Shown: positions 44,703 through 55,397, counted from the first letter of the stretch. The stretch: DNA of 64,000 nt from an uncultured Methylomirabilota bacterium (GCA_963845565.1 CAWJSJ010000001.1:608001-672000), one strand, 5' to 3'. The notes: generated by a model from the sequence alone, not told the origin. Translations and numbers: made by a program.

Positions 44703-45893
44703 ATGGTATCGGACGAACGGGCGGCGCCGGCTTCGCCGGTCGGAATCGCCATCGTGGCGGGAGAGGCCTCCGGCGATCTGCACGGCGCCCGGCTGGTCGA
44801 GGCCTTGCGCCGGCGGGAGCCTCGCCTCTCGTTTGCGGGGATGGGCGGGACTCGAATGCGGGAAGCCGGCGTCCGCCTCTTGGCCGATGCCGGTGAGACA
44901 GCGGTGGTGGGCATCGCCGAGCTCTGGGAGAAGCGGCGGGCCCTGCGGACGGCCCTGCTGACGCTGCGTGCGCACCTCGCGGCAACCCGTCCGGCCCTGT
45001 TGATCTGTGTGGATTTTCCGGATTTCAACCTCCTGCTCGCCCGCACGGCCCACCGGCTTGGCATTCCCGTGTGCTACTTCATCAGTCCTCAGATCTGGGC
45101 CTGGCGGTCGGGCCGGATCCGGACCATCCGACGCCTGGTTCGTAAGATGCTCGTGCTATTTCCATTCGAGGAAGCGCTGTATCGCGCCGCCGGCGTGGAT
45201 GTCGCCTTCGTCGGCCATCCCTTGCTGGATGCACTGGCGAGCGTACCGGGGCGAGACGCCTGTCGGACGGCGCTCGCCATCGCCGAGTCGGAGCGGACAG
45301 TCGCGCTTCTTCCCGGAAGCCGGACGGCCGAGATCCGCCGCCATCTCCCGATCCTCTTGGGCGCGGCAGCGAGGATCCGGGCGGCCGAGCCGGACGTGAC
45401 ACTCCTGCTCGGTCTGAGCGAGACGATAGATCGGCAGGCGGTGGTGGCGGCCGCGGCCCACGCCGGTGTACCGGTTCGGGTGATTCAAGGTCGGACCCCC
45501 GAAGTCATGCGGGCGGCGGACTTCCTCCTGGCGGTTTCTGGAACCGTGACGCTGGAGGCGGCCATTCTGGGAACCCCCATGCTGATCACCTATCGCGTCA
45601 GCCCGGTGTCGGGTTGGCTGTTGCGGATGCTTGTCCGGGTGCGATTCGCCGGTCTGCCGAATCTGATTGCCGGAGGGGCCATCGTCCCGGAACTGCTGCA
45701 GCGCGACGCAACCCCGGAACGGTTGGCCGCGGCTGCACTGGAAGTCCTCCGCTCCGCGCCGCGCCAGGCGGCTATGCGCGATGCCCTGGGCGACGTCCGG
45801 AGGCGGTTGGGGGATCCCGGCGCGGTCGAACGGGCCGCCCGAGAGGTCTTGATGCTCCTTCCGCGGCCGCCTGCCTCTGTCCCGAGCCCATGA
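44703..45893 (+). CDS. lpxB: Lipid-A-disaccharide synthase
   Basis: VAGEASGDLHG, VDFPDFN, SPQIWAWR, LFPFE, FVGHPL, LLPGSR, SGTVTLE, VPELLQ. Confidence 0.96.
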   Translation: MVSDERAAPASPVGIAIVAGEASGDLHGARLVEALRRREPRLSFAGMGGTRMREAGVRLLADAGETAVVGIAELWEKRRALRTALLTLRAHLAATRPALLICVDFPDFNLLLARTAHRLGIPVCYFISPQIWAWRSGRIRTIRRLVRKMLVLFPFEEALYRAAGVDVAFVGHPLLDALASVPGRDACRTALAIAESERTVALLPGSRTAEIRRHLPILLGAAARIRAAEPDVTLLLGLSETIDRQAVVAAAAHAGVPVRVIQGRTPEVMRAADFLLAVSGTVTLEAAILGTPMLITYRVSPVSGWLLRMLVRVRFAGLPNLIAGGAIVPELLQRDATPERLAAAALEVLRSAPRQAAMRDALGDVRRRLGDPGAVERAAREVLMLLPRPPASVPSP

Positions 45894-46582
45894 CGGCGCG
45901 GTGGTGGTCGCCGCGCGACTGGGCGATCAGTCTGCTCCTGGGGCCATGGATATCTTGCGGCCTGATGCGGACTGGCGCCGCCACGATGCGCCGCCGGGAT
46001 GTGGGCCGGGAGTATCCGGATGGGTGCTGGGCCAAAGGCGAGCGGGTAATCTTCGCGTTTTGGCACGGTCGGCTGCTCATGATGCCATTCGCCTATCCCG
46101 GCGTCACAGCCGCGATTCTCATCAGTCAGCATCGGGATGGGGAGTACATCACGCGCATTGCTGAACGGCTGGGGTTTACGGTGCAGCGGGGGTCGGGAAC
46201 CCGAGGGGGTGCGCGGGCGTTCCGGCAGTTGGTTCACGCCCTCAAGGAGGGGCGGGATGTCGTGGTCACGCCTGACGGACCCAAGGGGCCGTCTGGGCGC
46301 GTCAAGTCCGGCGTGGTCGAACTGTCTCGGCTGTCGGGGATGCCGATCGTGCCGGCGGCATTCGGGGCGTATCCCCGGATCGTCCTGCGGAGCTGGGATC
46401 GCTTCGTGATCCCGTACCCCGGGGCCCGCGGCGTGTACGTGTGGGGAGCGCCGCTCTACGTTCCACCCGACCTCTCCAAGGCGGAAGCCGCGCGATTTCG
46501 AAGCCTGCTGGCGGAACGGCTGGATGGGGTGACGTCCACCGCGGACCGGCTGGCGCGTTTTCCGGCGGCAAGCGAAGCCTGA
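45890..46582 (+). CDS. DUF374 / LpxJ-like lysophospholipid acyltransferase-family protein
   Basis: IFAFWHGR, ISQHRDGE, RGS, TPDGPKGP, SWDRF.IP.P. Confidence 0.88.
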   Translation: MTARWWSPRDWAISLLLGPWISCGLMRTGAATMRRRDVGREYPDGCWAKGERVIFAFWHGRLLMMPFAYPGVTAAILISQHRDGEYITRIAERLGFTVQRGSGTRGGARAFRQLVHALKEGRDVVVTPDGPKGPSGRVKSGVVELSRLSGMPIVPAAFGAYPRIVLRSWDRFVIPYPGARGVYVWGAPLYVPPDLSKAEAARFRSLLAERLDGVTSTADRLARFPAASEA

Positions 46583-46588
46583 GGGTGT

Positions 46589-47854
46589 ATGTCTTGGCTG
46601 TATAGCGCGTCGATCAGCCTCTTCATGCTCGGAATGGCGCCGAGCGTGCTCACCCAAATGTTCCTGCGGGGAAAGTACCGCCGGGGCATGGGCGAGCGGT
46701 TTGGCGACGTGGCGCCGTGGGAAGGCACCGCGGAACCGGTGTGGTTGCACGCCGTATCGGTGGGGGAGGCCATGGCGGCCGCGCCCTTGGCGCGGCTCCT
46801 GGTCAGCCGACATCCCGCGGTCCCCTTGATCGCCTCCACCACGACGGAAACCGGTCGAGCGGTGGCCGAGCAGCGGATCCCTGCCGCGCGGTTTGTGTTT
46901 TTTCCGTTGGATTTCCGCTGGGCCGCGGCGCGCGCCCTGAGGCGACTTCGCCCGCGCCTGGTGCTCTTGACCGAGACGGAGCTCTGGCCGAATTTTCTCG
47001 CCGCGTGCGCCCAGCGGCGAATCCCCGTGGTGTTGATCAACGGGCGGATCTCTCCCCGGTCCTTCCCGCGATACCGACTGGTCCGGCGGTGGTTCGGAGG
47101 CGTTCTTCAGGGTGTGCGTCTGTTCTGTATGCAGAGCGCCGCCGATGCCGACCGGATCCTGTCACTGGGTGCTCCGGCGGACCGGGTGAGGGTGACCGGG
47201 AACCTGAAATACGACCTCCCAGCCCTGGAGCAGGGTGCCGATGTCGGCGCGATCCGCGCGGGGCTCGGCCTGTCGCCCGAATGCCGGCTGGTGATCGCCG
47301 GAAGCATCCACCGCGGTGAGGACGAGCCGGTGATCGAGGCGTTCCGAACGGCCGCCGCCTCGCGGCGGGATCTGTGCCTGCTGGTGGCGCCTCGACATCC
47401 GGAACGGCTGGAGGAGGTGGAGCGAGTGCTGGCCAAGGCGGGCGTCCCCTGTGTCCGGCGCAGCCGGCTCCCCGCCACACCGGCGCGCGAGGGGGGTGCG
47501 ATCCTGTTGGACACCATGGGCGAGCTGGCGCGACTCTACGCGGCGGCCAGTGTCGTCTTCGTCGGGGGAAGCTTGATTCCCCACGGCGGGCAAAATATCC
47601 TGGAGCCTGCTGCGTATGGTCGGCCGGTGCTTCACGGGCCCCACATGGGGAACTTTGCCGAGATGCGCGACCGCTTCCAGGAGGCCGAGGCCGCGCTGCA
47701 AGTGGCGGACGGCCCGGGACTCGCCGAGGGGTTGCAGTTGCTGCTCGACGACGCGACCAGGGCGGAACGGATGGGCCGGGCGGGTCGGTCCATCGTGGAA
47801 GCGCAGCGCGGCGCAACAGGTCGGACGGCGGATCTGGTGGGAGCGCTGCTGTGA
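46589..47854 (+). CDS. waaA: Kdo transferase
   Basis: VWLHAVSVGE, ETELWPN, NGRIS, TGNLKYD, APRHPER, DTMGEL, FVGGSL..GGQNILEPA. Confidence 0.96.
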   Translation: MSWLYSASISLFMLGMAPSVLTQMFLRGKYRRGMGERFGDVAPWEGTAEPVWLHAVSVGEAMAAAPLARLLVSRHPAVPLIASTTTETGRAVAEQRIPAARFVFFPLDFRWAAARALRRLRPRLVLLTETELWPNFLAACAQRRIPVVLINGRISPRSFPRYRLVRRWFGGVLQGVRLFCMQSAADADRILSLGAPADRVRVTGNLKYDLPALEQGADVGAIRAGLGLSPECRLVIAGSIHRGEDEPVIEAFRTAAASRRDLCLLVAPRHPERLEEVERVLAKAGVPCVRRSRLPATPAREGGAILLDTMGELARLYAAASVVFVGGSLIPHGGQNILEPAAYGRPVLHGPHMGNFAEMRDRFQEAEAALQVADGPGLAEGLQLLLDDATRAERMGRAGRSIVEAQRGATGRTADLVGALL

Positions 47855-48972
47855 CCGTCCGCGATCGCATCGAGGCGTACGCGCTTGGTGTGACGCGGGC
47901 GGAGGTGCCGACCGCGGGGCAGCGGCTCGCGCGCGGCGCGCTGGCGGCGCTTTCGCTGGCATATGAAGCCTGCGTCCGGCTGCGCAATGCGGGATTCGAC
48001 GGGGGGCTGTTCCCGGTACACCGCCTGCCGTGCCGGGTGGTGTCGGTCGGTAACCTGACCGCGGGCGGGACCGGGAAGACGCCGACAGTGATTGCCATGG
48101 CGGCGGCGCTGAGGGCGGCGGGGGAGCGGGTGTCCGTCGTCCTTCGCGGGTACCGGAGCGAAGGCGCCGGCACACGGGTCGTATCAGACGGGCGGACGAT
48201 CCGGCTCGGATGGCGGGAGGCCGGGGACGAGGCGGTTCTTCTGGCGCAGCGCCTGCCGGGGGTTCCGGTGGTTGTCGGCGGCGATCGGGTGGCGGCGGGA
48301 CGGCTGGCCATCGCCGAGTTCCGTCCGCAGACGATCCTCCTCGACGACGGATTCCAGCACCGGCGAATCCATCGGGATGCCGACCTGGTCCTCATCGACG
48401 CGACGGACCCGTTCGGCGGACAGTGGCTGCTGCCGCGCGGACGGCTTCGGGAGCCGGTGGGCGGTCTGCGCCGAGCGAACGCGATCCTGGTGACTCACGC
48501 CGACGAGGCGGCGGACCTCGAGGGCGTGGTGCACACTCTGGCACGCGAAGCGCCCGGCCGCCCGATCGCGCAGGGGATCTTCCGAGGCTGTTGTCTCCGC
48601 GAACTCCGGTCGGGGCAGGACAGCCCCGTCGCCCTTATTCGCGGGAAGCGCGTTCTGGCCGTGAGCGGCATCGCCAATCCGTACGGCTTCCATCGTACCC
48701 TGGAGGGGTTGGGCGCTGTCGTGGTGGATCGAGTCGTCTACCGCGACCATCACGCCTTCGACGACGGCGACCACCGGCGGATAGTCGGCGCGGCAAAAAC
48801 GAGTGGTGCGGATTGGGTCGTGACCACGGAGAAAGACGCGGTACGGCTGACGCCCGACCGCGTCGCCGAGGTGCCGCTGTTCGCGCTCGGGGTCGACCTG
48901 GTGGTTGGGGAAGGCGCCGCCGCCGTGGGGTCGGCGCTCGGTTGTCCGGTGTGGGGCCGCGACAACGTGTGA
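47851..48972 (+). CDS. lpxK: Tetraacyldisaccharide 4'-kinase
   Basis: VSVGNLTAGGTGKTP, RGY, GDE, LDDGFQH, LPRGRLREP, TTEKDAVRL. Confidence 0.96.
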   Translation: MTVRDRIEAYALGVTRAEVPTAGQRLARGALAALSLAYEACVRLRNAGFDGGLFPVHRLPCRVVSVGNLTAGGTGKTPTVIAMAAALRAAGERVSVVLRGYRSEGAGTRVVSDGRTIRLGWREAGDEAVLLAQRLPGVPVVVGGDRVAAGRLAIAEFRPQTILLDDGFQHRRIHRDADLVLIDATDPFGGQWLLPRGRLREPVGGLRRANAILVTHADEAADLEGVVHTLAREAPGRPIAQGIFRGCCLRELRSGQDSPVALIRGKRVLAVSGIANPYGFHRTLEGLGAVVVDRVVYRDHHAFDDGDHRRIVGAAKTSGADWVVTTEKDAVRLTPDRVAEVPLFALGVDLVVGEGAAAVGSALGCPVWGRDNV

Positions 48973-49033
48973 GCAATCCCAGTCGAAGGACGCGGAGAAT
49001 CCGGGCGGCGATACAACGGCCCGGCATGACGCC

Positions 49034-50714
49034 ATGCACGAGATCGATCCGGCGGAGATCGGCAGCATCCTGGTTCGGGAGGTCAACTGGGTCGGCGACG
49101 CGATCCTCACGTTGCCGGCGCTCGCGGCGTTGCGGCGGCGGTTTCCCCAGGCGGAGATCTCGGTGCTCGGTCGACCGTGGGTCACGGGGCTCTTCGCCGA
49201 TCAGCCGGTTGCGAATCGCGTGATCGTGTATCAGTCCGACGGGGCGCATCGTGGGCTCTTGGGGCGCTGGGCGCTGGCCCAAGAGGTCCGGCGGAAACGG
49301 TTCGACCTCGCGGTGCTCTTTCCAAACTCGGTGGATGCCGCCGTGGTTCCCTGGCTGGCGGGGATTCCTCGACGCGTGGGGACACCGACCGAGTGCCGTC
49401 GTCTCTTGCTCACTCATCCCGCGCGTGAGACCCTGGGCCCCGCCGAGCGCCATCAGGTGTTTCGGTATCTTGCCGTGGTCCGGAGCCTGGGCGCGGATGG
49501 CGACCCGACGCCGCGACTGGCGGTTGCACCCGAGGCAGCGCAGGCGGCGGACAGGCTGCTTGCGGAGGCCGGCGTCGTTCCCGGAACGCGCTGCCTAGCG
49601 GTGAATCCGGGGTCGGTTTACGGCAACGCCAAGCGCTGGCCGGCGGAGCGCTTTGCGGCAGACGGCGGATGTCTTGGCGGATCGCTGGGGGGCGCGTGTC
49701 CTGCTGGTCGGGTCGAGCAAGGAGGCCGCCGTGCTGGAATCGGTTGCCCGGGCGATGCGGCACAAACCGATCCGGTTGTGGGGACGCACCGATCTGCGAA
49801 CGCTGGCGGCGGTGCTGCGGCGGAGTCGCCTGTTGCTCACTAATGACACGGGGACCATGCACGTCGCGGCGGCTGTCGGCGCCCCGGTCGTGGCCGTCTT
49901 CGGACCGACGGATGCGGAGGCGACTGGACCGTGCGGGTCGCGCGCGCGCCTGGTCCGCGAGGCGGTGGCGTGTAGTCCCTGCTTGCTGCGGGAATGTCCG
50001 ATCGATCATCGCTGCATGACCCGCGTGACGGTGGCGCAGGTGGTGCAGGCCGCGGAGGAGCTTGTGAAGCAGACAGAGGGCGTCACCTGCCCGGTCGCGC
50101 AGTTGATGTTCCCTGCAGCGCCGAGGCCGGCGATCGAAACGCCCGCCGCGTTCTTGGACCGGGACGGGACCATCATCGAAGACCCGGGCTACCTCGGCGA
50201 TCCGGACAAGATCCAGTTCATTCCGGGAGCGCAGGAGGCGCTCGGCGCACTCCGTGCCGCGGGGTATCGCCTCATCGTGGTGACGAACCAGGCAGGGGTG
50301 GCCCGGGGCATCATCACCGAAGACGATGTGCGCCGGGTGAACGTCCGGCTTCAGGAACTCCTGAGCGCGGCAGGCGTTCCTGTGGACGGGATCTACTACT
50401 GCCCCCACCACGCCGAGGCCGGGTCGCAGGAATACCGGAAGGACTGCCCGAGCCGCAAGCCCGGGCCGGGGATGGTGGAGCAGGCGCGGAGGGACTTCGG
50501 ACTGGATGTGGCGCGGTCGGTGATCGTCGGAGACCACCTGAGCGACGCCGCGGTGGCGCGCCACTTCCCCGGCATGCGGGGGATCATGGTCCTGACCGGG
50601 CACGGGGCGGGCCAGTACGAGAAGGTGCAGGCGGGAGCCGCACCGGTTCCGGATCATGTCGCACCGGATCTTGGGTCGGCGGTCGAGTGGCTGCTCCGGC
50701 AGTCGGGACGGTGA
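49034..50714 (+). CDS. waaF: Fused heptosyltransferase II (WaaF-like) and heptose-1,7-bisphosphate phosphatase (GmhB-like); one extra base near 49655-49662
   Basis: NWVGDA, NPGSVYGNAKRWP; +1 frame continues TNDTG.MH..A..FGPT, CSPC..C..C, then FLDRDGTI, VTNQAG, YCPH, RKPGPGM, VGD. Confidence 0.87.
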
Positions 50715-50715
50715 C

Positions 50716-51792
50716 GTGGGTACACTGCCCATTCGGCTGGACGGTGCGCGACGGATCTTGCTCATCAAGCCCAGTGCGCTTGGCGACGTGGTGCACGCGC
50801 TTCCCGTCGTGGCTACCCTGAAGCGGCGGTATCCGGAGATCCCGCTGGATTGGCTCATCGAGGAGGAAGCGGCGCCGCTGCTGGAGGGGCATCCGGCCGT
50901 CGCCGAGTTCGTCGTGTCGGGCCGGCGTCGGTGGCAACGGCAGCTCAAGCATCCGAGCACCATTCCGGGCGTGCTGCGAGAGATTCGAGCGTTCGCTCGG
51001 AAAATCCGCCGCCGCTACGACGCGGTCCTGGATCTGCAGGGCCTCCTGAAGAGCGGCGTGTACGTCCTGGCCGCGCACGCGCCGATCCGGGTCGGGCTGG
51101 CGGACGGGCGCGAGGGTGCGACCTGGGTGCTGACGCACCGCGTGCCGGTGCCGCCGCAGCCGATCCACGCGGTGGACCGCTACCTGGCCCTCGCCGCTGC
51201 GGTTGATGCCGCCGAGGTCGTGCGGGAATTCACGATTCCGCTGGCGCAGAAGGATCTGGACGCCGCAACGGCGGCGCTGGCCGGTCTTCCGCGACCGGTC
51301 GTCGTCCTGCACCCCGCCGCGCGGTGGCCGACCAAACTCTGGGAGAACGCACGGTGGCGGGCGCTCGCCGCCGCGCTCGGGGAAGCGGGAGCGGGTGTGG
51401 TACTCACCGGGGCCGCGGCGGATGGCGCGATGGCGACGGCGATCGGCGAAGGCCTGGCCCCGGCGCCGCGGTCGCTGGCAGGGCGGGTGTCACTGAAAGA
51501 GTTGGCGGCAGTGCTCCGCTCGGCCGACCTGATGATTACCGTCGATTCCGGGCCCATGCACATCGCGGCCGCCGTGGGCACCCCGGTGCTCGCCCTGTTC
51601 GGGGCGACCGATCCGGCGCGGACCGGACCGGTGGGCCTCGGGCGGGTTCTCCGGCACGCACTGCCATGCAGCCCCTGCTTGCAGCGTCGTTGCGTCATCA
51701 CGGATACGCTCCGCTGCATGCGCGAACTGGAGGTGCCGGAGGTGATGAACGCGGCGCGCGAGATGTTGGATGCGCGATCGCGAGCGAGGTAG
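50716..51792 (+). CDS. waaC: Heptosyltransferase I-like (GT9)
   Basis: LIKPSALGDVVH, DLQGLLKSG, HAVDRY, HPAARWPTK.W, DSGPMHIAAA, LFGAT. Confidence 0.85.
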   Translation: MGTLPIRLDGARRILLIKPSALGDVVHALPVVATLKRRYPEIPLDWLIEEEAAPLLEGHPAVAEFVVSGRRRWQRQLKHPSTIPGVLREIRAFARKIRRRYDAVLDLQGLLKSGVYVLAAHAPIRVGLADGREGATWVLTHRVPVPPQPIHAVDRYLALAAAVDAAEVVREFTIPLAQKDLDAATAALAGLPRPVVVLHPAARWPTKLWENARWRALAAALGEAGAGVVLTGAAADGAMATAIGEGLAPAPRSLAGRVSLKELAAVLRSADLMITVDSGPMHIAAAVGTPVLALFGATDPARTGPVGLGRVLRHALPCSPCLQRRCVITDTLRCMRELEVPEVMNAAREMLDARSRAR

Positions 51793-51896
51793 GGAAACAC
51801 CGAAAATGCGGCGGCGGGCGAGGATTGGGCGCACAGCCACTCATCAGGTTTGCAGTTTTTCCCAGGCATCTCACCACAGAAGGGACGCGTGATCGT

Positions 51897-52898
51897 ATGA
51901 CCGACCCACATCGGGCGGAACACCTCGGTTCTGGCGAAAAGGCGGGCGTTACATCGCTGGTCACGGGTGCGGCGGGGTTCGTCGGCTCCCACCTCTGCGA
52001 GCGTCTGCTCCGAGCGGGGCATCGCGTCATCGGGGTGGACATGTTCACCGATTACTACCCCCGGGCCGTGAAGGAGGCGAATCTTTCCACGCTCCTCTTT
52101 GCCCCCGAGTTTCGCCTCGTGGAAGCAAACCTGCTCCGGATGGAGTTGGGACCGCTGGTCGGGGAGGCGGACTATATCTTCCATCAGGCCGGGCAGCCCG
52201 GGGTCCGCCCGAGCTGGGGAAAGGATTTCGACCTCTATCTCGACGGCAACATCCGCGCGACCCAGCGATTGCTGGAGACGGCGCGCGAGGCGGGACGGGT
52301 CCGCTGCCTGGTGTACGCGTCGTCCTCCTCGGTCTACGGCGAGACGCCGGATCTCCCGTTGCGGGAAGACTCGCCCACCAGACCGTATTCGCCTTACGGC
52401 GTCACCAAGTTGGCGGCGGAGCATCTGTGTAGCTTGTACCACGCGAACTATGGGCTCGCGACGGTTTCTCTGCGGTACTTCACGGTATATGGTCCGCGGC
52501 AACGGCCGGACATGGGGTTTCACAAGTTCATCCGGGCTGCGCTGGAAGACCGTCCGATCACGGTGTATGGAGACGGAGAACAGACACGAGACTTCACGTT
52601 CGTGACCGATGCCGCAGAGGCCAATTGGCTGGCGGCATCCTCCGGAGCCGCGGGGCAGGTGTTCAACATCGGGGGTGGCTCGCGTTGCAGCGTGAACGAG
52701 ATCCTGGCGACGCTGGAGGAGATCCTGGGCCGGCGGATCCGCCGGGATCGCCGGCCGCCGCAACCCGGGGACGTCCGCCACACCTGGGCGGACACCAGCC
52801 GCGCACGGGACATCCTCGGGTTTTCGCCCCGGGTGTCGCTGCGGGAGGGCTTGGCGCGCGAAGTGGAGTGGCTTCGCGGGCAGATCGCGCCGAGGTGA
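51897..52898 (+). CDS. NAD-dependent nucleotide-sugar epimerase/dehydratase
   Basis: VTGAAGFVGSH, HQAGQPGVR, ASSSSVYG, YGVTK, LRYFTVYGPRQRPDM. Confidence 0.92.
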   Translation: MTDPHRAEHLGSGEKAGVTSLVTGAAGFVGSHLCERLLRAGHRVIGVDMFTDYYPRAVKEANLSTLLFAPEFRLVEANLLRMELGPLVGEADYIFHQAGQPGVRPSWGKDFDLYLDGNIRATQRLLETAREAGRVRCLVYASSSSVYGETPDLPLREDSPTRPYSPYGVTKLAAEHLCSLYHANYGLATVSLRYFTVYGPRQRPDMGFHKFIRAALEDRPITVYGDGEQTRDFTFVTDAAEANWLAASSGAAGQVFNIGGGSRCSVNEILATLEEILGRRIRRDRRPPQPGDVRHTWADTSRARDILGFSPRVSLREGLAREVEWLRGQIAPR

Positions 52899-52943
52899 CG
52901 TCCGTGTCGCACCGTCTGTAACCCCAATCAACAAGGAGGAACG

Positions 52944-53705
52944 ATGCGATTCTCGGGGAAGGTTGCCCTGATCACCGGGGCGTCGAAGGGGATTGGCCGG
53001 GCCACCGCCGTTCGGTTGGCGCACGAAGGTGGTACGGTCATCGTGAATGGTCGAGACGACGCTGCGGTGGACGCAGTGGTGGCGGGGATCGTGCGGGATG
53101 GCGGGCGTGCCGTCCCGGCGGTAGGCGATGTCACGCACGCTGCGGACGTGGCGAGGATCGTCGCGCTGGGAAACGCACAAGGGGGCGGCATTGATATCCT
53201 GGTGAACAACGCAGGCGGTGGGACGATGGCCCGTTGGCTGGACGACCTCGACGAGGCCGCCTGGGGAAAAAGCCTTCAGGTCAATCTTACCAGCGCCTTC
53301 CTCATGACCAAGGCGGTCGTGCCCCACATGCGCGAACGGAGACGGGGCCGCATCGTGATGGTGGCGTCCATTGCCGGGCGGAACATGAGCCGGCTTTCGG
53401 GGCCCGAGTACAGCGCGGCCAAGGGCGGGATGCTGGCGTTCATGCGACATCTGGCCGTCGAGCTGGGGCCGTTCAACGTGACGGTGAACGGGGTGGCGCC
53501 TGGACCGACCATGGTCGAGCGCGTGGCCAAGAAGTGGGAGCTGCGGGGGGCCGAGGAACGCGAGAAGATCCTGCGGAACATCCCGCTGGGTCGCCCCGCG
53601 CAGCCGGAGGAGATCGCCGCCGCCATCCTCTTCCTCGCCTCGGACGACGCCTCGTACGTGAACGGCGCCTGCATCGACGTCAACGGCGGATCATTCATGA
53701 TGTAA
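52944..53705 (+). CDS. Classical SDR-family oxidoreductase
   Basis: TGASKGIG, LVNNAG, YSAAK, VAPG. Confidence 0.92.
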   Translation: MRFSGKVALITGASKGIGRATAVRLAHEGGTVIVNGRDDAAVDAVVAGIVRDGGRAVPAVGDVTHAADVARIVALGNAQGGGIDILVNNAGGGTMARWLDDLDEAAWGKSLQVNLTSAFLMTKAVVPHMRERRRGRIVMVASIAGRNMSRLSGPEYSAAKGGMLAFMRHLAVELGPFNVTVNGVAPGPTMVERVAKKWELRGAEEREKILRNIPLGRPAQPEEIAAAILFLASDDASYVNGACIDVNGGSFMM

Positions 53706-53790
53706 TCGCCGCTGTGCCCCGTCGGGCCGACCCGAGCGTCTGCGTGAAAGCGGGGATGGCGTTACATGGGAGGAGCGAGGACAGAACGGC

Positions 53791-53820
53791 TTGACGACGC
53801 CACACGTGAGGTGCTAGGCT
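53791..53820 (+). promoter_or_regulatory. sigma70-type promoter upstream of the TPP riboswitch
   Basis: TTGACG-18-TAGGCT with TGn extension. Confidence 0.6.
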
Positions 53821-53834
53821 GTTTTTAACTTAAT

Positions 53835-53925
53835 AAACGGGAGCCCGGAGAGCCGGGCTGAGAGGGTGGGGCGGTTCCTCACCGACCGTTCGAACCTGAC
53901 CTGGGTAATGCCAGCGTAGGGACCG
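53835..53925 (+). ncRNA. TPP riboswitch aptamer
   Basis: GGGAGC..GGCTGAGA..GACC.TTCGAACCTGA.CTGGGTAATGCCAGCGTAGGGA; upstream of a thiamine-precursor transporter. Confidence 0.93.
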
Positions 53926-53935
53926 ACAGCGACAG

Positions 53936-53966
53936 AAACCGCCCCGCGTGGCGGTTTTTGATTTTT
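53936..53966 (+). terminator. Riboswitch-associated intrinsic terminator (expression platform)
   Basis: AAACCGCC-ccgcgt-GGCGGTTT followed by TTGATTTTT, between the aptamer and the cytX RBS. Confidence 0.75.
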
Positions 53967-54016
53967 CAGGGGCGGATCGGGGCAGCCAGACGGGCTGCTA
54001 ACGGGAGGAAGGACTC

Positions 54017-55396
54017 ATGGCCGGCTTGACGGACCAGATCCGGGCATACGGCATTCAACCGGTGCCGGTGTCAGAGCGCCGCCTCGGTTTCGTGGACACG
54101 TTCGTCCTATGGTGGGACCTCGGCGTGAGTTTCCTGGTCATGGCGGTCGGAATGTTCCTGGTGCCGGGGCTCAGTCTCGGGCAGGCGCTCCTGGCGATCC
54201 TGGTCGGCGCGGTGGTGGGCAACGCCCTGCTTGGGCTGGTGGGAACCATCGGGTCGGATACCGGCGTGCCGACCATGGTGCTGTTTCGGCCGGTGCTCGG
54301 CCTGCGCGGGTCGATTGCGCCGACGGTCCTCAACCTATTGCAACTGCTGGGCTGGGCGACATTCGAGGTGATCGTCATGGCGCAGGCGGCGGCGCTGCTT
54401 TCCGAGCGTCTGATCGGCGTACGGGGGTATCTGGGCTGGGTGCTGTTCTTTGCGGTTCTCGGCACAGCGATGGCGGTGGTCGGGCCGATCATGGTCGTCA
54501 AGCAGTGGATGGAGCGGTTTGCCGTGTGGGTCGTCCTGCTGACGCTGACCTGGATCACGGTCGCGGTCCTGACGACCTACGACGTGCGGGCGTGGCTGGC
54601 GAAGCCGGGCACGGGTGAGATGTCGTTTTGGCTGGGAGTCGATCTGGTGGCGGTGATGCCGATCTCCTGGGTTCCCCTGGTTGCGGACTATAGCCGGATG
54701 GCCCGGTCTCGGAAGACCGCGTTCTGGGGAACGGGCCTGGGCTACTTCGGATCCCATGTGTGGTTCTATGCCCTGGGGGCGCTCCTGGCCCTCTCGGCGA
54801 CAGTTCCCTCCGACCCCAGCGCCCCCATCGCGCCGCTTCTCACCACCATCGCGGCCCTGACCGCAGGGTGGGTGGCGCTCCTGGTTCTGCTCGTGGCGGA
54901 GACGGACGAAGGCTTCGCCAATATCTACTCGGCCGCGGTCTCGGCACAGAACATCTGGCCACGCCTGGGGCAACGGACGCTCGCGCTGGGGATCGGCGGG
55001 ATTGTGCTGGTCCTGGCCGCGACGCTCCCCCTGGTCCAATACGAGAGTTTCCTGTTGCTCATCGGGTCGATCTTTATCCCCTTGCTCGGCATTCTCACAG
55101 CCGATTACTTCGTCTTGCGCCATCGGCAATACGATGTGGCGGAGCTCTACCGGAGCGGCGGCCGGTACTGGTACCGCGGTGGGGTGAATTGGCCGGCGAT
55201 GGGCGTGTGGGTCAGCGGCGTCGCCCTGTATCTGCTCATTGCCGGCTTACCACAACTGGGATGGTCCGGGTTGGCGCCGTGGCTAGGGGCGACGATTCCG
55301 ACCTACACCTTCGGGTTGCTCGCATACGCCCTGGTGGGGCGTTCGGTGGAGCAGGGAGGGGCCAGCGGCGCGGCGGAGAGCGACGCCCGGCGGTGA
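54017..55396 (+). CDS. cytX: NCS1-family permease, putative hydroxymethylpyrimidine transporter CytX
   Basis: About 12 TMs; G..PVP..ER, QLLGWATFE, MPISWVPLVADYSR, ANIYSA, DY F; TPP-riboswitch context. Confidence 0.82.
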   Translation: MAGLTDQIRAYGIQPVPVSERRLGFVDTFVLWWDLGVSFLVMAVGMFLVPGLSLGQALLAILVGAVVGNALLGLVGTIGSDTGVPTMVLFRPVLGLRGSIAPTVLNLLQLLGWATFEVIVMAQAAALLSERLIGVRGYLGWVLFFAVLGTAMAVVGPIMVVKQWMERFAVWVVLLTLTWITVAVLTTYDVRAWLAKPGTGEMSFWLGVDLVAVMPISWVPLVADYSRMARSRKTAFWGTGLGYFGSHVWFYALGALLALSATVPSDPSAPIAPLLTTIAALTAGWVALLVLLVAETDEGFANIYSAAVSAQNIWPRLGQRTLALGIGGIVLVLAATLPLVQYESFLLLIGSIFIPLLGILTADYFVLRHRQYDVAELYRSGGRYWYRGGVNWPAMGVWVSGVALYLLIAGLPQLGWSGLAPWLGATIPTYTFGLLAYALVGRSVEQGGASGAAESDARR

Positions 55397-55397
55397 T

